Below are positions 62,947 to 64,000 of a stretch of DNA of 64,000 nucleotides, piece by piece. Every line of letters begins with the position of its first letter. Position 1 is the stretch's first letter. Position numbers and translations under genes: made by a program. Origin of the DNA: Marsupella aquatica (Eukaryota; Plantae; Marchantiophyta); assembly GCA_973895155.1 (NCBI GenBank), contig OZ316891.1, positions 30,387,112-30,451,111 on the forward strand, read 5' to 3'. A model generated the notes under the pieces. It was not told the origin of the DNA and did no database searches. It was given only the letters and a program-made list of their open reading frames with translations.

Positions 62947-64000
62947 AGCCCTGTATACAGCAGCTCATATACAGATCCAATAACCAAAATACCCAGTTAG
63001 TAAGGTCACAAGGGAATTATAGCATTATATAGTACACTAACCCATTGGGGTTGTCTTTTTTTTGTTTACATAGACCAATTACCCGGTAACCATAAGTAGG
63101 AGATGCTCTAATGCATGGTCCAAATTTGAATCAAGTAATTATGACACTCCTCATCACTTGACTAAAATAGTGACTATAAAATCTCTTTTATTGCTACTAT
63201 TTTGAAGTGTACTAGAACCCTCGTGTACTAGAACCCTCTTAATAGCCCATTATGGATCTTCTGGTGAGATTGAAGATGTGAATGTGAGAAAAAGATGTCA
63301 AGGCAAAGTAAAGATGTTAAGGAGAGATAAAATCATATGAAAAGGAGAAAAAAATATGCCAAGGCTAGAAAAGATGTGTGATCCCAACCACGAGCCCAAC
63401 CATACAGATGTTGTGGTTGTGTTCAATGTTTAATGTTCAATGTTGCAAACAAGATATCTTTGCGTAAGAGATGTCCATGTCAAAAATATGTTGTCGCAAA
63501 AGTGATAAGAGAGAGCGTGAAAGAGGTGCTGGGAACGAGGCGAAAACATTCACACAACGCTGGGTGAAAGGTGACACCCCCCTCCTCACCCCCTTTCTCT
63601 TGGGCTGCCCCCCCCCCGCCCCACCCCTGACTCCTCCTTCCACAACCGAATAAAAGCAAGGGTGTCCCTTTTCTCCTTCTTTTTTGGTCTTAATGCTTAA
63701 TGCTTAATACTTGATTTCTTTGTTTTAATTCATCTCCATTTGCTCCACTTTGTCTCATCGCCTGCACCCACATACTTATGGGAGGGTATGACACTATTCA
63801 GCCCCTCACATACCCATGGGCCTGGTTTGAACTGTCTAACATGTTGTTGTGTTGTCCGACACAACAACTTGTCATTTGTTGGCTCCAAAAGGGCTCAAAT
63901 GTCACATATTTTCCTATATTCCCCAGCCGGTCCTAAACTTTCCTGAACCCCTCTCAGCCCAGTCCTGAACTCTCCCAAACCCCCTCCCGGCCCAGTCCCG

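Larger units (their letters stand above)
56732..63108. mobile_element. Tourist-like MITE split by the copia insertion
   Basis: GAGCATCTCCTAC (56732-56744) and GTAGGAGATGCTC (63096-63108) form a perfect 13-bp TIR, flanked by CAA and TAA. Confidence 0.75.

Overview
Eukaryotic land-plant genomic DNA, most likely a non-flowering plant such as a liverwort or other bryophyte (inferred from an intron-rich DNA-PKcs gene, a plastid-type HISN3 and TTTAGGG motifs). Two host genes are transcribed divergently: DNA-PKcs (minus, 19306 to beyond position 1) and HISN3 (plus, about 49072-52013). The ~29 kb between them is bracketed by ~930-bp inverted repeats (~98% identical) and holds a transposon cluster. 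It comprises a decayed GHTHED-type DDE transposase gene split by a Helitron, then a TAA-flanked PIF/Harbinger-type element holding a complete 17.1-kb CACTA element (CCG TSD), and a Tourist MITE. The most striking content is in the CACTA: upstream of TnpD/TnpA lies a co-oriented cassette of small stand-alone genes. They encode an EDM2-type composite PHD module, tandem BRCT domains resembling that of Pol lambda, an F-box protein and a Cys-rich orphan, forming a candidate transposon-encoded host-manipulation or anti-silencing toolkit. Downstream of HISN3 lie tandem repeats, a tRNA-derived SINE with TSD, and a decayed Ty1/copia element nested in a Tourist MITE. All family assignments come from motif recall; no database search was run.
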